A stretch of 64,000 nt of DNA from an uncultured Geobacteraceae bacterium (GCA_964638305.1 CAZXBD010000202.1:14565-78564); one strand, 5' to 3'. Shown: positions 28,920-39,396, counted from the stretch's first letter. A program made the numbers and translations. Notes: a model not told the origin generated them from the letters alone.

Positions 28920-29878
28920 AATTCACCCTCATCGAAAAATTCCGGATAGTAACAAACATTCTGATGACATGCCGCGCCAAATCTTTCCCGGTGAGCGGCC
29001 ATTGCCTTATGTTGATATTCGCTAAAATCTTTACAACTCTCTGCCAGAGCAATAAACTCTCTTGTCAAGATTACGTTCCTGACTTTCTGCGCTGCCGGGG
29101 CACCGCGACCGACCAGTTTCAAGCCGTTAATACCGGCCTTTTTCAGATGGGGGATGGCGCAAAGACCGCAACCATGACGTCGGTTCGTCTCAGACCAGCT
29201 AGCCTGTCGCATCATCGCCCGCTGCAACTCAGGTGATATCGTATCCGTGAGCGAAGCAACATCATACGTAATCTCACAGGGCCAGATCTTCTCGGCACTT
29301 GAATGATGAAAGGTACAGAGCCCTTCCGTATTAGGACATTTGCCTACCAGCATAAAAGCATCACACAAGACACCCGGCACCTGTTGAATAATCGACGCCA
29401 TGTCGGCTACGCTCAGATGTCTGGGCAAAACGGCTCTCTGTATGCCCTGCTCTGCCATAAAACGGAGAGCTCCGGAGTTTGTCAGATGAGCGAGAGTGCT
29501 GGCGTGATATTCAAGTTCGGGGTGGCGTTTTTTCAACAGGCGCAACAACCCGACATCCGCAAGAATCAGGCTGTCGATGCCCAGAGTAAACATGCGGTCA
29601 ACATATTCGATCAGCAGGGGTAACTGCTCGTCAGTATAGAAAGGAGCGTTCAGAGTCAACGCGAAGCTCCGCTCAGAGGCATGGACCAGCGAGATAATCT
29701 CGGACAATTCCTCTTCTGAAGAAATCTGCGCTGCAGAAAAGGTTCGTTGGTTGAGAGATGCGGAGAGACTGTAATCATCCCATTCAGCAGGGATGTAGCC
29801 ACCGTAAAGCTCATCGGCCCCAGCTTCCAGGATTAGACCTGCTTCTTTGAAATTATCGACTGGCGATACAATACGCAT
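28916..29878 (-). CDS. U32-family Fe-S protein (RlhA/TrhP/UbiU superfamily)
   Basis: Motifs GADELYGG, HASTLA, LPRHLS, CPNTEGLC, WPCE, CGLC and LKLVGRG. Confidence 0.88.
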   Translation of the reverse strand: MRIVSPVDNFKEAGLILEAGADELYGGYIPAEWDDYSLSASLNQRTFSAAQISSEEELSEIISLVHASERSFALTLNAPFYTDEQLPLLIEYVDRMFTLGIDSLILADVGLLRLLKKRHPELEYHASTLAHLTNSGALRFMAEQGIQRAVLPRHLSVADMASIIQQVPGVLCDAFMLVGKCPNTEGLCTFHHSSAEKIWPCEITYDVASLTDTISPELQRAMMRQASWSETNRRHGCGLCAIPHLKKAGINGLKLVGRGAPAAQKVRNVILTREFIALAESCKDFSEYQHKAMAAHRERFGAACHQNVCYYPEFFDEGEL

Positions 29879-29880
29879 AC

Positions 29881-30651
29881 TCAACTGTTTTCCCGGTATT
29901 TCCAGATATTGTCGCGCCGGTAATCCCACCAGGCAGGATCCGCTTCGGCGGTCAGACTCTCACCAACCAGCAGCAGTGTCAAAGCAGGGCGCGGATTGGG
30001 GCTGTCAATATTGAAAAAGTCTCTGGAGCCTACCGTTGCAACGATCGTATCAAGGGTGGCTACAATGATTTCCTCATCATGCAAGCCGACCCGGTGTGCC
30101 AAAGCGATCGGAACATCTTTCGTGTAGCCATTTCGCAATTGGCCGACCAATTTTTCCAAGGGCAGGTTATTCATGTAAATCAGAAGTGAAACACCCGGTG
30201 CGGCGAGATCGCCCATGGTCGGTGCGTCGGGACCATCACCAAGCGTGCGTGGCGAAGCCAGAATAGCTCGGCTGCAGACCCCGGGGAGATCGAGAGTCTT
30301 CTTCAAAAGAGCGGAGGCAGCATTGGCGGCTCCGACACCCGGAACAACTACTGCCAGGTCACCCAGAGCGTCAACGACCGCCTGAAAGGGTGAATAGAAG
30401 GTCAAATCACCCGGGACCAGAAAACCGACCGGGCCGTTGGTCAGCTGACCCTTGATCATTTCTATCAGATCGGCAAAATAGTAATCAAAGGGGACAAAGA
30501 CCTCCTTGCCCTCTAAGAACGCTGCAAAAGGCTGGTCAAAAAGTGGCGGCACGTAAACAACCTGGCACTCTCCGAGTAAACGCTCTGCACGCAGGGTCAA
30601 CAGTTCCGGATCACCGGGACCGGCGCCCAGGAAATAGGCCTGATGACTCAT
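29881..30651 (-). CDS. tetrapyrrole-methylase-fold SAM methyltransferase (CbiF/CobM-like)
   Basis: Motifs FLGAGPGDPELLT, PGDLTFYS and VVPGV. Confidence 0.85.
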   Translation of the reverse strand: MSHQAYFLGAGPGDPELLTLRAERLLGECQVVYVPPLFDQPFAAFLEGKEVFVPFDYYFADLIEMIKGQLTNGPVGFLVPGDLTFYSPFQAVVDALGDLAVVVPGVGAANAASALLKKTLDLPGVCSRAILASPRTLGDGPDAPTMGDLAAPGVSLLIYMNNLPLEKLVGQLRNGYTKDVPIALAHRVGLHDEEIIVATLDTIVATVGSRDFFNIDSPNPRPALTLLLVGESLTAEADPAWWDYRRDNIWKYRENS

Positions 30652-31394
30652 GATATTGTCTCCATGCGCAGATGAATCAAAAACTCACGATTGCCCTTTG
30701 GCCCGAGGATAGGACTTTCGCAAACGGCCACAACCTGACAGCCAAGTTGCTCTGCCACATCTTTTATTTTGTCGACAACCTGGGTATGCTGCTGCGGATC
30801 ACGAACAACGCCCCCCTTGCCGACCTGCCCTTTTCCTACTTCAAACTGCGGTTTAATCAGAGCGACGATGTCACTGCCAGACGACATCAAAGTGAGGGTC
30901 GGAGGTAATACTTTCTCCAGCGAAATAAAAGAGGCGTCAATCACGGCAAGATCAGGAATGAAATCGAGTTGTTCAGAGGTTAAATGCCTGATATTGGTGC
31001 GCTCAAGGTTAACGACCCTGTCGTCATCCCGAAGTTTCCACGCCAACTGGCCATATCCGACATCGACGGCCACAACCCTCACCGCTCCATTTTGCAGGAG
31101 ACAGTCCGTAAAGCCACCGGTTGAAGCGCCAACATCAATAGCGTTGCGACCTGCAACATCTATATCGAAGTTTTCCAGGGCTTTGGCCAACTTCATTCCA
31201 CCGCGTGATACATAAGGGATATCCTCGCCCCTCAAGCGCACCGAAGCAGCAACATCAACCTGGGTGCCGACCTTATCTACAGTCTGGTCGTTGACGACGA
31301 CACGGCCAGCCAGGATCAAGGCTCTGGCCCGTTCTCGCGAACCAGCCAGTTGCCGCTGCACCATCAGTTTATCAATTCTTTCCTTGGTAGCCAT
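30648..31394 (-). CDS. tlyA: TlyA rRNA 2'-O-methyltransferase
   Basis: S4 domain, YVSRGGMKL, DVGASTGGFTD, IKPQFE and GNREF. Confidence 0.95.
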   Translation of the reverse strand: MATKERIDKLMVQRQLAGSRERARALILAGRVVVNDQTVDKVGTQVDVAASVRLRGEDIPYVSRGGMKLAKALENFDIDVAGRNAIDVGASTGGFTDCLLQNGAVRVVAVDVGYGQLAWKLRDDDRVVNLERTNIRHLTSEQLDFIPDLAVIDASFISLEKVLPPTLTLMSSGSDIVALIKPQFEVGKGQVGKGGVVRDPQQHTQVVDKIKDVAEQLGCQVVAVCESPILGPKGNREFLIHLRMETIS

Positions 31395-31417
31395 TGGACC
31401 TGCACCACAGGGAGATT

Positions 31418-31966
31418 CTAAATTGTTGCCAGAAGACGTTCTCTCGACATATCAGTGTCACGACACAGACAGCGATCAAGAAACTGTTCAAAAACCTGCG
31501 TCAGCCAGTCGACCTGCTCCAGTAATGCATGTCCGGCAGGAACCAGATGGAACCTCGCCTGGTGAGTCCTGGCGAAATCGATGACAGCCTCAATCGGCAC
31601 GACATCATCATTCCAACCATGAATAACTGCCAGTTCGCGGCAAATTGGCGACGGTGTTTGTTCGGCATATCCGGGCAGTCCGAAAGCTGGTGCCATGAGG
31701 AATAAGCCGACCGGTCGCACCACTTGCGACGCTACCGTTGCGACGTACCCGCCCATGCTTGAGCCAACCAGCACAACCGGGCCCTGTAACGAATTAACTT
31801 CATCGATCAACCGGGCGACACGCAGTTCGGGATCCCGATTATCAGTGTCGTCGCGACTGATTACACGGCACCCGCTACGTTCTGCCACCTTGGAGAGCGC
31901 CCGGATTTTTGTTCCCCATGGACCACTTTCACGCCCATGGGCGAAAATTACGGTAAAACCTTGCAT
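31418..31966 (-). CDS. small alpha/beta hydrolase
   Basis: Motifs HGRES, GSSMGG, HGWNDDVVP and AGH. Confidence 0.88.
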   Translation of the reverse strand: MQGFTVIFAHGRESGPWGTKIRALSKVAERSGCRVISRDDTDNRDPELRVARLIDEVNSLQGPVVLVGSSMGGYVATVASQVVRPVGLFLMAPAFGLPGYAEQTPSPICRELAVIHGWNDDVVPIEAVIDFARTHQARFHLVPAGHALLEQVDWLTQVFEQFLDRCLCRDTDMSRERLLATI

Positions 31967-32130
31967 CTTTATGCCTCAATAAAATTGATGGGGACTATAG
32001 CATGATTCCGGATTGAAACCCACCGTCATGATACGATTATTTGTGTGATTTTGGCCTGCAGAACCAACATCGAAAGGTAAAAATTAGCATATAAATAAAA
32101 TTAAAGGTTAAGCAGGAAGGCTCTGTACGC

Positions 32131-32164
32131 ACAAAGCCCGCCAGAAAGGGCGGGCTTTGTTTTG
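32131..32164. terminator. intrinsic terminator
   Basis: ACAAAGCCCGCC-N6-GGCGGGCTTTGTTTT. Confidence 0.75.
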
Positions 32165-32215
32165 TTCGACTTGAATTAAGTTCGATTTTGTAACTGTTAT
32201 TGCGAACCGAAATAT

Positions 32216-32959
32216 TTACGAACTGCCCTTCTTAACCGGGCGGCCCTCAAGAATCCATTTCTGTATGCCGCCGTCTACAACCACGACATCAGTGAAGCCT
32301 TGACCAACAAGGTAGCGTGCCGCAGTAGGAGACCTCTTGCCTTTGAGGCACAAGACAATGATCTCTTTATTCTTATCCAGTTCTGATGTGTTCAGATGCA
32401 ACTCATTCAGCGGAATATGTACTCTTTTGTTATGATATATATAAAATTTACGCAAATCGTCGCTGAAATTGACATCAAGCAGAATGACCTGCTCATTGGC
32501 GAGTTTACTCGCAAGCGTCGATGTAGATATTCTGGTCACTTCTACATTAGGAATCTTTTTGACCGTAACGGTCGGATAGCCAGCCGCAGTCCAGCCAGGG
32601 AGACCTTCACGAAAAGCATAAACATTCTTGTAACCAAGCTCGACAGCCTTCTCGGCAGCCCGCCAGGAAGCAACGCACTTCGTGCCGAGGCAATAGAATA
32701 TAAGCTTCTGTGATTTGTCCTTTGGCAATCCCGTTTCCAGTTGGTCCATCGGGACATTGACCGAGCCCTTAATGCTCAGATTATCAAATTCGATCGGGCT
32801 GAGCGGAAAGATCACTAAAACATCATCAGTGACCATCATCTCCTTGACTGCTTGCGCATCAACTTCTGTATATTCTTTATTCCCCGCCTGGACGCTGAAC
32901 GAAGTCAGCAAAATGACCAGAGCCACTAAAGAAATGATTTTTTTTCTCCCCGTAAACAT
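32216..32959 (-). CDS. exported tandem rhodanese-domain protein
   Basis: Signal peptide (VQA), active-site loops YCLGTKC and LCLKGKRS, and the motifs EGLPGW and GGIQKW. Confidence 0.88.
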   Translation of the reverse strand: MFTGRKKIISLVALVILLTSFSVQAGNKEYTEVDAQAVKEMMVTDDVLVIFPLSPIEFDNLSIKGSVNVPMDQLETGLPKDKSQKLIFYCLGTKCVASWRAAEKAVELGYKNVYAFREGLPGWTAAGYPTVTVKKIPNVEVTRISTSTLASKLANEQVILLDVNFSDDLRKFYIYHNKRVHIPLNELHLNTSELDKNKEIIVLCLKGKRSPTAARYLVGQGFTDVVVVDGGIQKWILEGRPVKKGSS

Positions 32960-33018
32960 TTGATTATCCTCCCTTTTTATGAGTATTAAAAAAAATTGAC
33001 GAAATTACTATAATCAAA

Positions 33019-33034
33019 AGCAAGTTAGATGCCA
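33019..33034 (-). promoter_or_regulatory. sigma54 promoter of the tandem rhodanese
   Basis: The minus strand reads TGGCAT-CTAAC-TTGCT, 60 bp before the start. Confidence 0.75.
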
Positions 33035-33089
33035 ACCTATTTTTACAAACAAAGCAATTATGAGTCGGGATTGGTATTAGAGAGGTTCG

Positions 33090-34049
33090 TCAGCTAAAAG
33101 CAGAAAGCAACGCGGCGCTTACCTGCTCCGACCAGTAAAAGTCACAGCGACCAGGAGAGGTAAAACCACAGTGACCTCCATGCAGCGGAGTGAAAAGAGA
33201 AACAAAATGATTGCCATGGAAACTGAACTCGGGGTAGCAGGCGGGAGGCAGGAAGGGGTCATTGTAAGCATTGATAATCCACGTTGGCAGTGACACATTT
33301 GCAAGATACCGGTTACCACTGCACTGCTCCCAGTAATCCCTGGCATCACGAAAGCCATGTAGAGGAGCGGTGTAGCGTCCATCAAAATCATGAAAATTTT
33401 TCAACTTTTGATAGTCAGAAACCGGGAAATATTCTGGAAAAGTTTGCGCCTGCTGGCGAACCTTGCGGCCCATGAGACGCAGAAAACGATGCATGTAAAG
33501 ACTATTTCCTGATTCGGCCAGGCACGATGATGCTGACGCGAGATCACAGGGAACGGAAAAGCAGACAGCAGCCTTGATTTCAGCAGGCACGCGATCCGAA
33601 TCGCGCCCCAGGTAAACCAGAGAGAGATTTGCACCCATGCTGAAGCCGACCAGTGCGACTGTTCTGTAATTATGCTTGCTCAGTGCGTGTTGAACAACGG
33701 TATCTAGGTCTTCTGTCGCTCCATTGTGGGTGAAGCGCGGCTGGCGATTGATCGTCTCCCCGCAACCACGAAAATTCCAGGCCAGCACATCCCAACCATT
33801 CGCGACCATGGCATTTGCCATGCCGACCACATAATGTCTGCGGGAGTCGCCTTCAAGGCCGTGAGAAATAATAACCAGCCGCTTGTGCCCTGGCTGCAGC
33901 CAATCCAGGTCAAGAAAATCATCGTCTTCTGTGAAGATTCGCTCGCGACGATAAGCTGGTTGAGCAGTCAACCTGAACAGTGATGGCCAGATTGTTTCAA
34001 AATGAGCATTCGTCAGATACCAGGGCCGCTTGTACGGAGGGAAACCCAT
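33090..34049 (-). CDS. YheT-like alpha/beta hydrolase
   Basis: Motifs HGLEG, GFSMGAN, NDPF and GGHCGF. Confidence 0.9.
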   Translation of the reverse strand: MGFPPYKRPWYLTNAHFETIWPSLFRLTAQPAYRRERIFTEDDDFLDLDWLQPGHKRLVIISHGLEGDSRRHYVVGMANAMVANGWDVLAWNFRGCGETINRQPRFTHNGATEDLDTVVQHALSKHNYRTVALVGFSMGANLSLVYLGRDSDRVPAEIKAAVCFSVPCDLASASSCLAESGNSLYMHRFLRLMGRKVRQQAQTFPEYFPVSDYQKLKNFHDFDGRYTAPLHGFRDARDYWEQCSGNRYLANVSLPTWIINAYNDPFLPPACYPEFSFHGNHFVSLFTPLHGGHCGFTSPGRCDFYWSEQVSAALLSAFS

Positions 34050-34058
34050 AGTTTGAGA

Positions 34059-36122
34059 TCACACGACTCGTGAAGTCAAAACAACATGCAATTCTTGGGC
34101 GTCGGCAACCGGAAGCCCGCAAGTAAAGTCCTGGCAGACATACGCCGTAGCACGGTCATGCTCAAGTGCCATGAGTTCTGTGAAAGGCGACAACCCCGCC
34201 AGCTGTTCGGCATTCTCATCGCACTTAAACAAAACAACGACCTGATGCCGATTGGCCTTTCTCGTAACAGACAACATCGCCTCGGTGGAAGGGTCTCCTG
34301 GGACACCGACAATAACAACTTCTCGAGTCGTTTGCATGAGCATGTTCGCAGATTGCAGAAACTGGGTGTAACCGGCCGGATAGCGTGACAATTCGATTGC
34401 AAGAGAGTGAAATAACTGTTCGGCCGAAGCCTGCCATGCTGAGTCACCCGTCAGCAGGAACAGTCGCGCAAAAACATCCAGAGTGATCGAGCTGGCTGAT
34501 GGCATGGCCCCGTCAAATGTGCTCCAGGGCCTTATCAGGAGTTTTTCTCCGTCAGAAGGGGTATCGTACAATCGCCCCGAACCGGAATCCTGAAAAAACT
34601 GTCGTAACGTCTTTGCGAGATCAATAGCTTGAGCTAGTCGTCGTACATCATAATCAGCGGCATAAAGATCGAGAAGACCGCGGGCAAGGAATGCGTAGTC
34701 TTCCGAAAAAGCAGCAACAGCCGCCTCCCCCTGACGATAGCGGCGATAGAGACGGCCCTCCTTGTCGCGCATTGCTGTCAGGACAAAATCAGCGGCAATG
34801 TGCGCCCTTTCAAGGTAGCTTTGTTCCTCAAACACCCTTCCCGCTTCGGACAGGGCCGAGATTGCCATGCCATTCCATGCTGCGATGATTTTGTCATCAA
34901 GATGGGGCCTGACTCTTGTTTCTCGTTCTGCAAAGAGAATCTTTCTGCAAGCGGCAAAACGTTCATCTTTTGCTGACTCGACAAGGCTTTCCGCCGAAAT
35001 CGCCGACAGGTGAAGAATATTGCTGCCGGTAACCTTACCGGTTACTTCATCATGGTAGTTCCCTTCAGTAGTAACATTGTAAACCTTGCAGAAGTCCTCA
35101 ACATCAGATGCCAACAATTCTGTGAGCCGCGCTTGCGACCAGAGATAAAACTTTCCTTCAACTCCTTCGGAATCGGCATCTTCAGCAGAGAAAAAAGCTC
35201 CTTTTGAAGCCAACATATCACGCAACAGGTAAGAGATAACTTCATGTGCTGTTCTCGCATAAATTTCACGGCCGGTGATCTGCCAGGCATCAAGATAGGC
35301 CAGGACAAGACCAGCCTGGTCATAGAGCATCTTCTCAATGTGCGGTACGAGCCACTTCTCATCGGTTGCATAACGATGAAAACCGAAGCCCAACTGATCG
35401 TAGATCCCGCCGCTGCGCATTGCCACCAGCGTCTGTTCGGCCATCTCCAGGCATTTTTCATCTCCCGAAATTCCGTATTGTTGCAAAAGAAAAGTCAGAT
35501 CATGAGGCCGAGGGAATTTCGGAGCCTGCCCAAAGCCGCCGTGCCTCTGATCAAAGCTGTTTTTCAGCCCATGCTCTGCCTTCATGTGTAAATCAGCACT
35601 TATCTCAAGATCGCCGCGTGCTTCACCACGACCTCTCATCTCCTCAACAACCTCTTGAGCAGCATTGCTCAGGAAACCCGGATCTTCCTGCCATTTATCC
35701 GTAACCCATGGCAGCAGATTCATCATCCCCGGTCGACCCTGGCGACCATGTTTGGGAATGTAGGTGGCAGCATAAAAAGGCAACGCATCCGGCGTCATGA
35801 TAATGCTCAACGGCCACCCTCCGCTGCCGGTCAGTCTTTGACAGACCTCCATATAGACCTGGTCAATATCTGGACGCTCCTCCCGATCAACTTTCACGGA
35901 AATGTAATTGCCGTTAAGCAGCTTAGCGACCTCATCGTCCTCAAAAGATTCATGGGCCATGACGTGACACCAGTGACAGGTCGAGTAGCCGATCGAGAGA
36001 AAAATCAACTTATTTTCAGCTCGTGCACGTTCAAAAGCCGACTCTCCCCATGGATACCAGTCCACAGGATTATTGACATGTTGAAGAAGGTAAGGACTTT
36101 TTTCTGTTTGCAGGGAGTTCAT
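34059..36122 (-). CDS. YyaL/DUF255 thioredoxin + alpha/alpha-barrel protein
   Basis: Motifs SPYLLQH..NPVDW, CHWCHVM..ESF, GGWP and EKMLYDQ. Confidence 0.93.
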   Translation of the reverse strand: MNSLQTEKSPYLLQHVNNPVDWYPWGESAFERARAENKLIFLSIGYSTCHWCHVMAHESFEDDEVAKLLNGNYISVKVDREERPDIDQVYMEVCQRLTGSGGWPLSIIMTPDALPFYAATYIPKHGRQGRPGMMNLLPWVTDKWQEDPGFLSNAAQEVVEEMRGRGEARGDLEISADLHMKAEHGLKNSFDQRHGGFGQAPKFPRPHDLTFLLQQYGISGDEKCLEMAEQTLVAMRSGGIYDQLGFGFHRYATDEKWLVPHIEKMLYDQAGLVLAYLDAWQITGREIYARTAHEVISYLLRDMLASKGAFFSAEDADSEGVEGKFYLWSQARLTELLASDVEDFCKVYNVTTEGNYHDEVTGKVTGSNILHLSAISAESLVESAKDERFAACRKILFAERETRVRPHLDDKIIAAWNGMAISALSEAGRVFEEQSYLERAHIAADFVLTAMRDKEGRLYRRYRQGEAAVAAFSEDYAFLARGLLDLYAADYDVRRLAQAIDLAKTLRQFFQDSGSGRLYDTPSDGEKLLIRPWSTFDGAMPSASSITLDVFARLFLLTGDSAWQASAEQLFHSLAIELSRYPAGYTQFLQSANMLMQTTREVVIVGVPGDPSTEAMLSVTRKANRHQVVVLFKCDENAEQLAGLSPFTELMALEHDRATAYVCQDFTCGLPVADAQELHVVLTSRVV

Positions 36123-36244
36123 AAAGGTCACAGTTTCCAGGAAACGATATCCAGAAATTTGCGGGGAAGTTCTCTTAACGCTACGGTGTTGAAAAGAGGA
36201 CGGCTCTCGTGAATTGCCGCGCTGGTGCTACTTAGTGCATGCTA

Positions 36245-36559
36245 TCATTTTACTTTTACCAGGGGATAATCTGAACGGCGCCATCGCGCCATGTGACCAT
36301 CGAGCAACTCTATATTTCTGAAACCTGACCACTTGAGTATCATCCTGGCAAGTTGAGCCCGGGGGCCATGTTCGCAGGTCAGAACCAAAAGCTGCTCTTT
36401 ATCACAGGATAATCTCGCTACCGTCTTCACCAGCGACATCATGGGAGCATGAACGGCTGCAGAGATGTGGCCGGAATTAAACTCAAAGCCGCTACGAACA
36501 TCCAGGACGACCGGGGCCTGCGCCGCTTCAATAAGGCGGTGCAGCTCCTCAGCTGTCAT
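36245..36559 (-). CDS. single-domain rhodanese
   Basis: Motifs LDVRS..EF..GHI and CEHGPRA. Confidence 0.88.
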   Translation of the reverse strand: MTAEELHRLIEAAQAPVVLDVRSGFEFNSGHISAAVHAPMMSLVKTVARLSCDKEQLLVLTCEHGPRAQLARMILKWSGFRNIELLDGHMARWRRSDYPLVKVK

Positions 36560-37409
36560 GATCAGCGCCCTCGTCCACGTCCATTCCCGGCGACTCCAGG
36601 CTGACCGGGCCGATCAATCCGGCACGTAATTCACGCAAAAGCAGTTCTGAAGCGCGAAGTTGATCGACCTGCCCCCCGGCAACCAGGCAACCCCGTTTAC
36701 GACCAATCAGTTCGATTAAAGCCGGAGCGCTTTCCGGCATCTCTGCGAGTTTATAGCGGCTAACAAGGGGTTCGGGATATCGACTCATCAGATATTCCGC
36801 AGCAAAGAGTGCGACGCCTTCATAATCCATGGCACCTTCGCCAATTGCGCCGCTGGCCGCCAACCGGTAGGCACTTTTCTGATTGCGGATGTCCGGCCAG
36901 AGCAGACCCGGGGTATCAGCGAGATGAATACCATTGCGCAGATCAATCTGTTGCGGGCAGGTCGTGATCGCGGGTCGGTCTCCTACCCGGGCCATCTTTT
37001 TACCTGCCAGAGTATTGATCAGGGTCGACTTACCAACATTCGGGATACCGACCACCATGGCACGCAAGGTTTTTCCAGGTACACCACGATTTGGAACCAG
37101 GCGACGACAAAGTTTAGGGATCTGACCGGCGGCAGAACGCTTTGTAGCCTCCAGAGGAATCGCTTTCACGCCCGCCATAAGGTTAAAATGTTCAACCCAC
37201 AGAGTGGTTACATCCGGGTCAGCGAGATCACTCTTGTTAAGAACTTTGATGCAGGGCTTGCTGCCACGGAGTTTTTCCAGCATGGGGTTAGCGCTGGAAA
37301 CCGGCAGTCTGGCGTCCAGAACCTCGATAACCACATCTATTTTTGGCATCACCTCGGCAATCTGGCGCTTGGCTTTCGCCATATGTCCCGGATACCATTC
37401 AATTTTCAT
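36549..37409 (-). CDS. ylqF: ribosome biogenesis GTPase RbgA/YlqF
   Basis: Motifs WYPGHM, DARLP, NKSD, GIPNVGKS and DTPG in circularly permuted order. Confidence 0.95.
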   Translation of the reverse strand: MKIEWYPGHMAKAKRQIAEVMPKIDVVIEVLDARLPVSSANPMLEKLRGSKPCIKVLNKSDLADPDVTTLWVEHFNLMAGVKAIPLEATKRSAAGQIPKLCRRLVPNRGVPGKTLRAMVVGIPNVGKSTLINTLAGKKMARVGDRPAITTCPQQIDLRNGIHLADTPGLLWPDIRNQKSAYRLAASGAIGEGAMDYEGVALFAAEYLMSRYPEPLVSRYKLAEMPESAPALIELIGRKRGCLVAGGQVDQLRASELLLRELRAGLIGPVSLESPGMDVDEGADHDS

Positions 37410-37483
37410 TAACAACAGTCCTCACGTCACCTGACAAGACACAGGCACGGATAGATAAATACATATCGAACTTTATCCCTGGA

Positions 37484-37975
37484 TCAATAAGACTTGCGGA
37501 AAATCGTTTTATGACATTTCGGACAGGGTGGAATACGTGTCGTTTTTGTCATATGCATCTCGGCTTCACAGTCTTTGCAGGTCAAGGTCCCCGGGCTGGT
37601 GATTTCGCCAGTTTTATATTCCAGGATTTTTTCAGATCTCTCTGCCAGTTCGGTGAGAGTTTCAGCCGTCGTGGTCAGAATACGGGAAAAAGCACTCTGC
37701 ACACCAGCCGCCAGGCGTTGAGGTTCTACAGCTTTTTTTACCGCAACTTTGGCCTTGTCGGCATTGGCCTTCAGGTCACGACGCACATATTCACCAAGTT
37801 TGTCTGCCTGCTCTCGAGAAAAGTCTCCCGCGTTGGACAGCTCTTCCTTGGCTTTTTTAAGTGCTTCGTCAAAGGTCTTCTTTCCTTCATCCAGAAGGTC
37901 CGCCGTACGTGAAGCCAATTTCTCGTACAGACCGACTTCTTCATGCTCTTCTTGTTTGTCATTTTGATCGTTCAT
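37484..37975 (-). CDS. helical protein with a C-terminal zinc ribbon (DUF1451-like)
   Basis: YKTGEITSPGTLTCKDC...IPPCPKC. Confidence 0.8.
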   Translation of the reverse strand: MNDQNDKQEEHEEVGLYEKLASRTADLLDEGKKTFDEALKKAKEELSNAGDFSREQADKLGEYVRRDLKANADKAKVAVKKAVEPQRLAAGVQSAFSRILTTTAETLTELAERSEKILEYKTGEITSPGTLTCKDCEAEMHMTKTTRIPPCPKCHKTIFRKSY

Positions 37976-38205
37976 AGGTCTCTCCTGATTTTGGGATTTC
38001 ACAATAACTACTTGTAAAGATTACCACAAAGGAAGACTGTTAAGGACCAGCGAATGCATATTTTTTATATCCAGGGGAGGATTTATAAAAGAGACAAAGA
38101 AACAAGTCTCGTACGTGGCGGGTAAACGATTGAAGAAATCGGCAGAAAGTGCAAGAATAATGGAGTTATCAAAAAAACTGACTGAATCAGATAATGGAGG
38201 TAGGG

Positions 38206-38736
38206 ATGGAAAACCGGTACATCATGACCGCCTTTGGCAAAGACAGACCCGGCATAGTTGCCGATGTGACACAAGTTCTGTACGAAAACGGCTGCAACCT
38301 TGAAGACACTACCATGTCAATGCTGTCCGATGAATTCACCATCAACCTGTTGTTTTCATCGAGTAACGACAATATAGAAGCAATTCTGCTCGAAGGCTGT
38401 CGCAACCTGGAGCAACAGAAGAAGATTGCTGCCTTCATTCGACCCTTGAAGGGGGTGCGTGTGAAAGGTTCGGCAATGCCCCGCACTTGCACCATACATG
38501 TCGAAGGCATGGACCAGGCCGGAATCGTTTACAAAATCAGCCGCTACCTCGCCGATAATGCTTTGAACATCGTTGACCTCAAATCAACAATAAAGGTGAC
38601 TCCAGAGAGCGGCACAGCACTTTACCTGATGGATATCCATGTCCATCCCCCGGAATCAGACACGATGAAAGCTTTTGAAGAGGGGCTGAACATCGTCGCG
38701 GAAGAACTCAACATAGAAATCACTGTCTCCGGTTAA
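38206..38736 (+). CDS. tandem ACT-domain protein (GcvR-like)
   Basis: Motifs GKDRPGIVA and GMDQAGIV. RBS GGAGG. Confidence 0.88.
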   Translation: MENRYIMTAFGKDRPGIVADVTQVLYENGCNLEDTTMSMLSDEFTINLLFSSSNDNIEAILLEGCRNLEQQKKIAAFIRPLKGVRVKGSAMPRTCTIHVEGMDQAGIVYKISRYLADNALNIVDLKSTIKVTPESGTALYLMDIHVHPPESDTMKAFEEGLNIVAEELNIEITVSG

Positions 38737-38750
38737 AAGGCCCGCCATAA

Positions 38751-38793
38751 AATATTCAGGGCCTGACTGCAAAGCCGGGCCCTGAATATTTTT
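38751..38793. terminator. bidirectional intrinsic terminator
   Basis: AAATATTCAGGGCC...GGCCCTGAATATTTTT. Confidence 0.8.
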
Positions 38794-38897
38794 CGTAGAT
38801 CTGTTTTCAGACACAGCCCTGAAAGAGCCTGTGAAAGCAGGAAACAGATAAACAACTCGAATTACTTCTCAACAACCTGTTTTGAAACAGCGAAGAG

Positions 38898-39254
38898 TCA
38901 AAGCTCTCCCTCTGCGGCAAAAGCCTCACGCAACTCGTTCCTTCTGCGTCTATAGGTGTGCCCGCACAACAAGGTTGCATGAGCGGCACGGTAGTGTTCA
39001 ATCTCTTCACCTATATTGCGAAACTTCCTCTTAACGCAGAATACGGCCGTAGCCCACAGCAAGGCGACAAGCCAGACCCAGAAGGCGAAAAGGATCTTCA
39101 CACCTGCAACCAGGAGCAGACCGAGCAAGACTATGCCACCGAAAAGATAAGGCAGAACATAGTAACAGAACAAGCCAAGAACAATTCCAAAGAGTGGCAG
39201 GATGACAGCAAAGAGCAGAAAAGCACTGACGACACCTAACAGAAAAACATCCAT
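38898..39254 (-). CDS. hypothetical membrane protein downstream of a c-di-GMP riboswitch
   Basis: Long hydrophobic N-terminus and basic C-terminus. RBS GGAGG. Confidence 0.7.
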   Translation of the reverse strand: MDVFLLGVVSAFLLFAVILPLFGIVLGLFCYYVLPYLFGGIVLLGLLLVAGVKILFAFWVWLVALLWATAVFCVKRKFRNIGEEIEHYRAAHATLLCGHTYRRRRNELREAFAAEGEL

Positions 39255-39312
39255 GAGAACCTCCAGACTTTTACACTTCCCCGGCTGGAACGAAAGAAGC
39301 CGGGGCCAATTT

Positions 39313-39396
39313 GATGGCAACCCGGCAGTCCGAAGATGTGTTTGGGGGCGGATCCGTAGCTTTCCGCACCTACCTTACGATAGGGATGGCTTTCAC
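39313..39396 (-). promoter_or_regulatory. c-di-GMP-I (GEMM-I) riboswitch
   Basis: The minus strand reads GCCATC-CCTATC-GTAA-GGTAGG-TGCGG-AAA-GCTACGGATCC...GGACTGCCGGGTTGCC: GNRA-capped P2, an AAA junction and P3. Confidence 0.82.
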
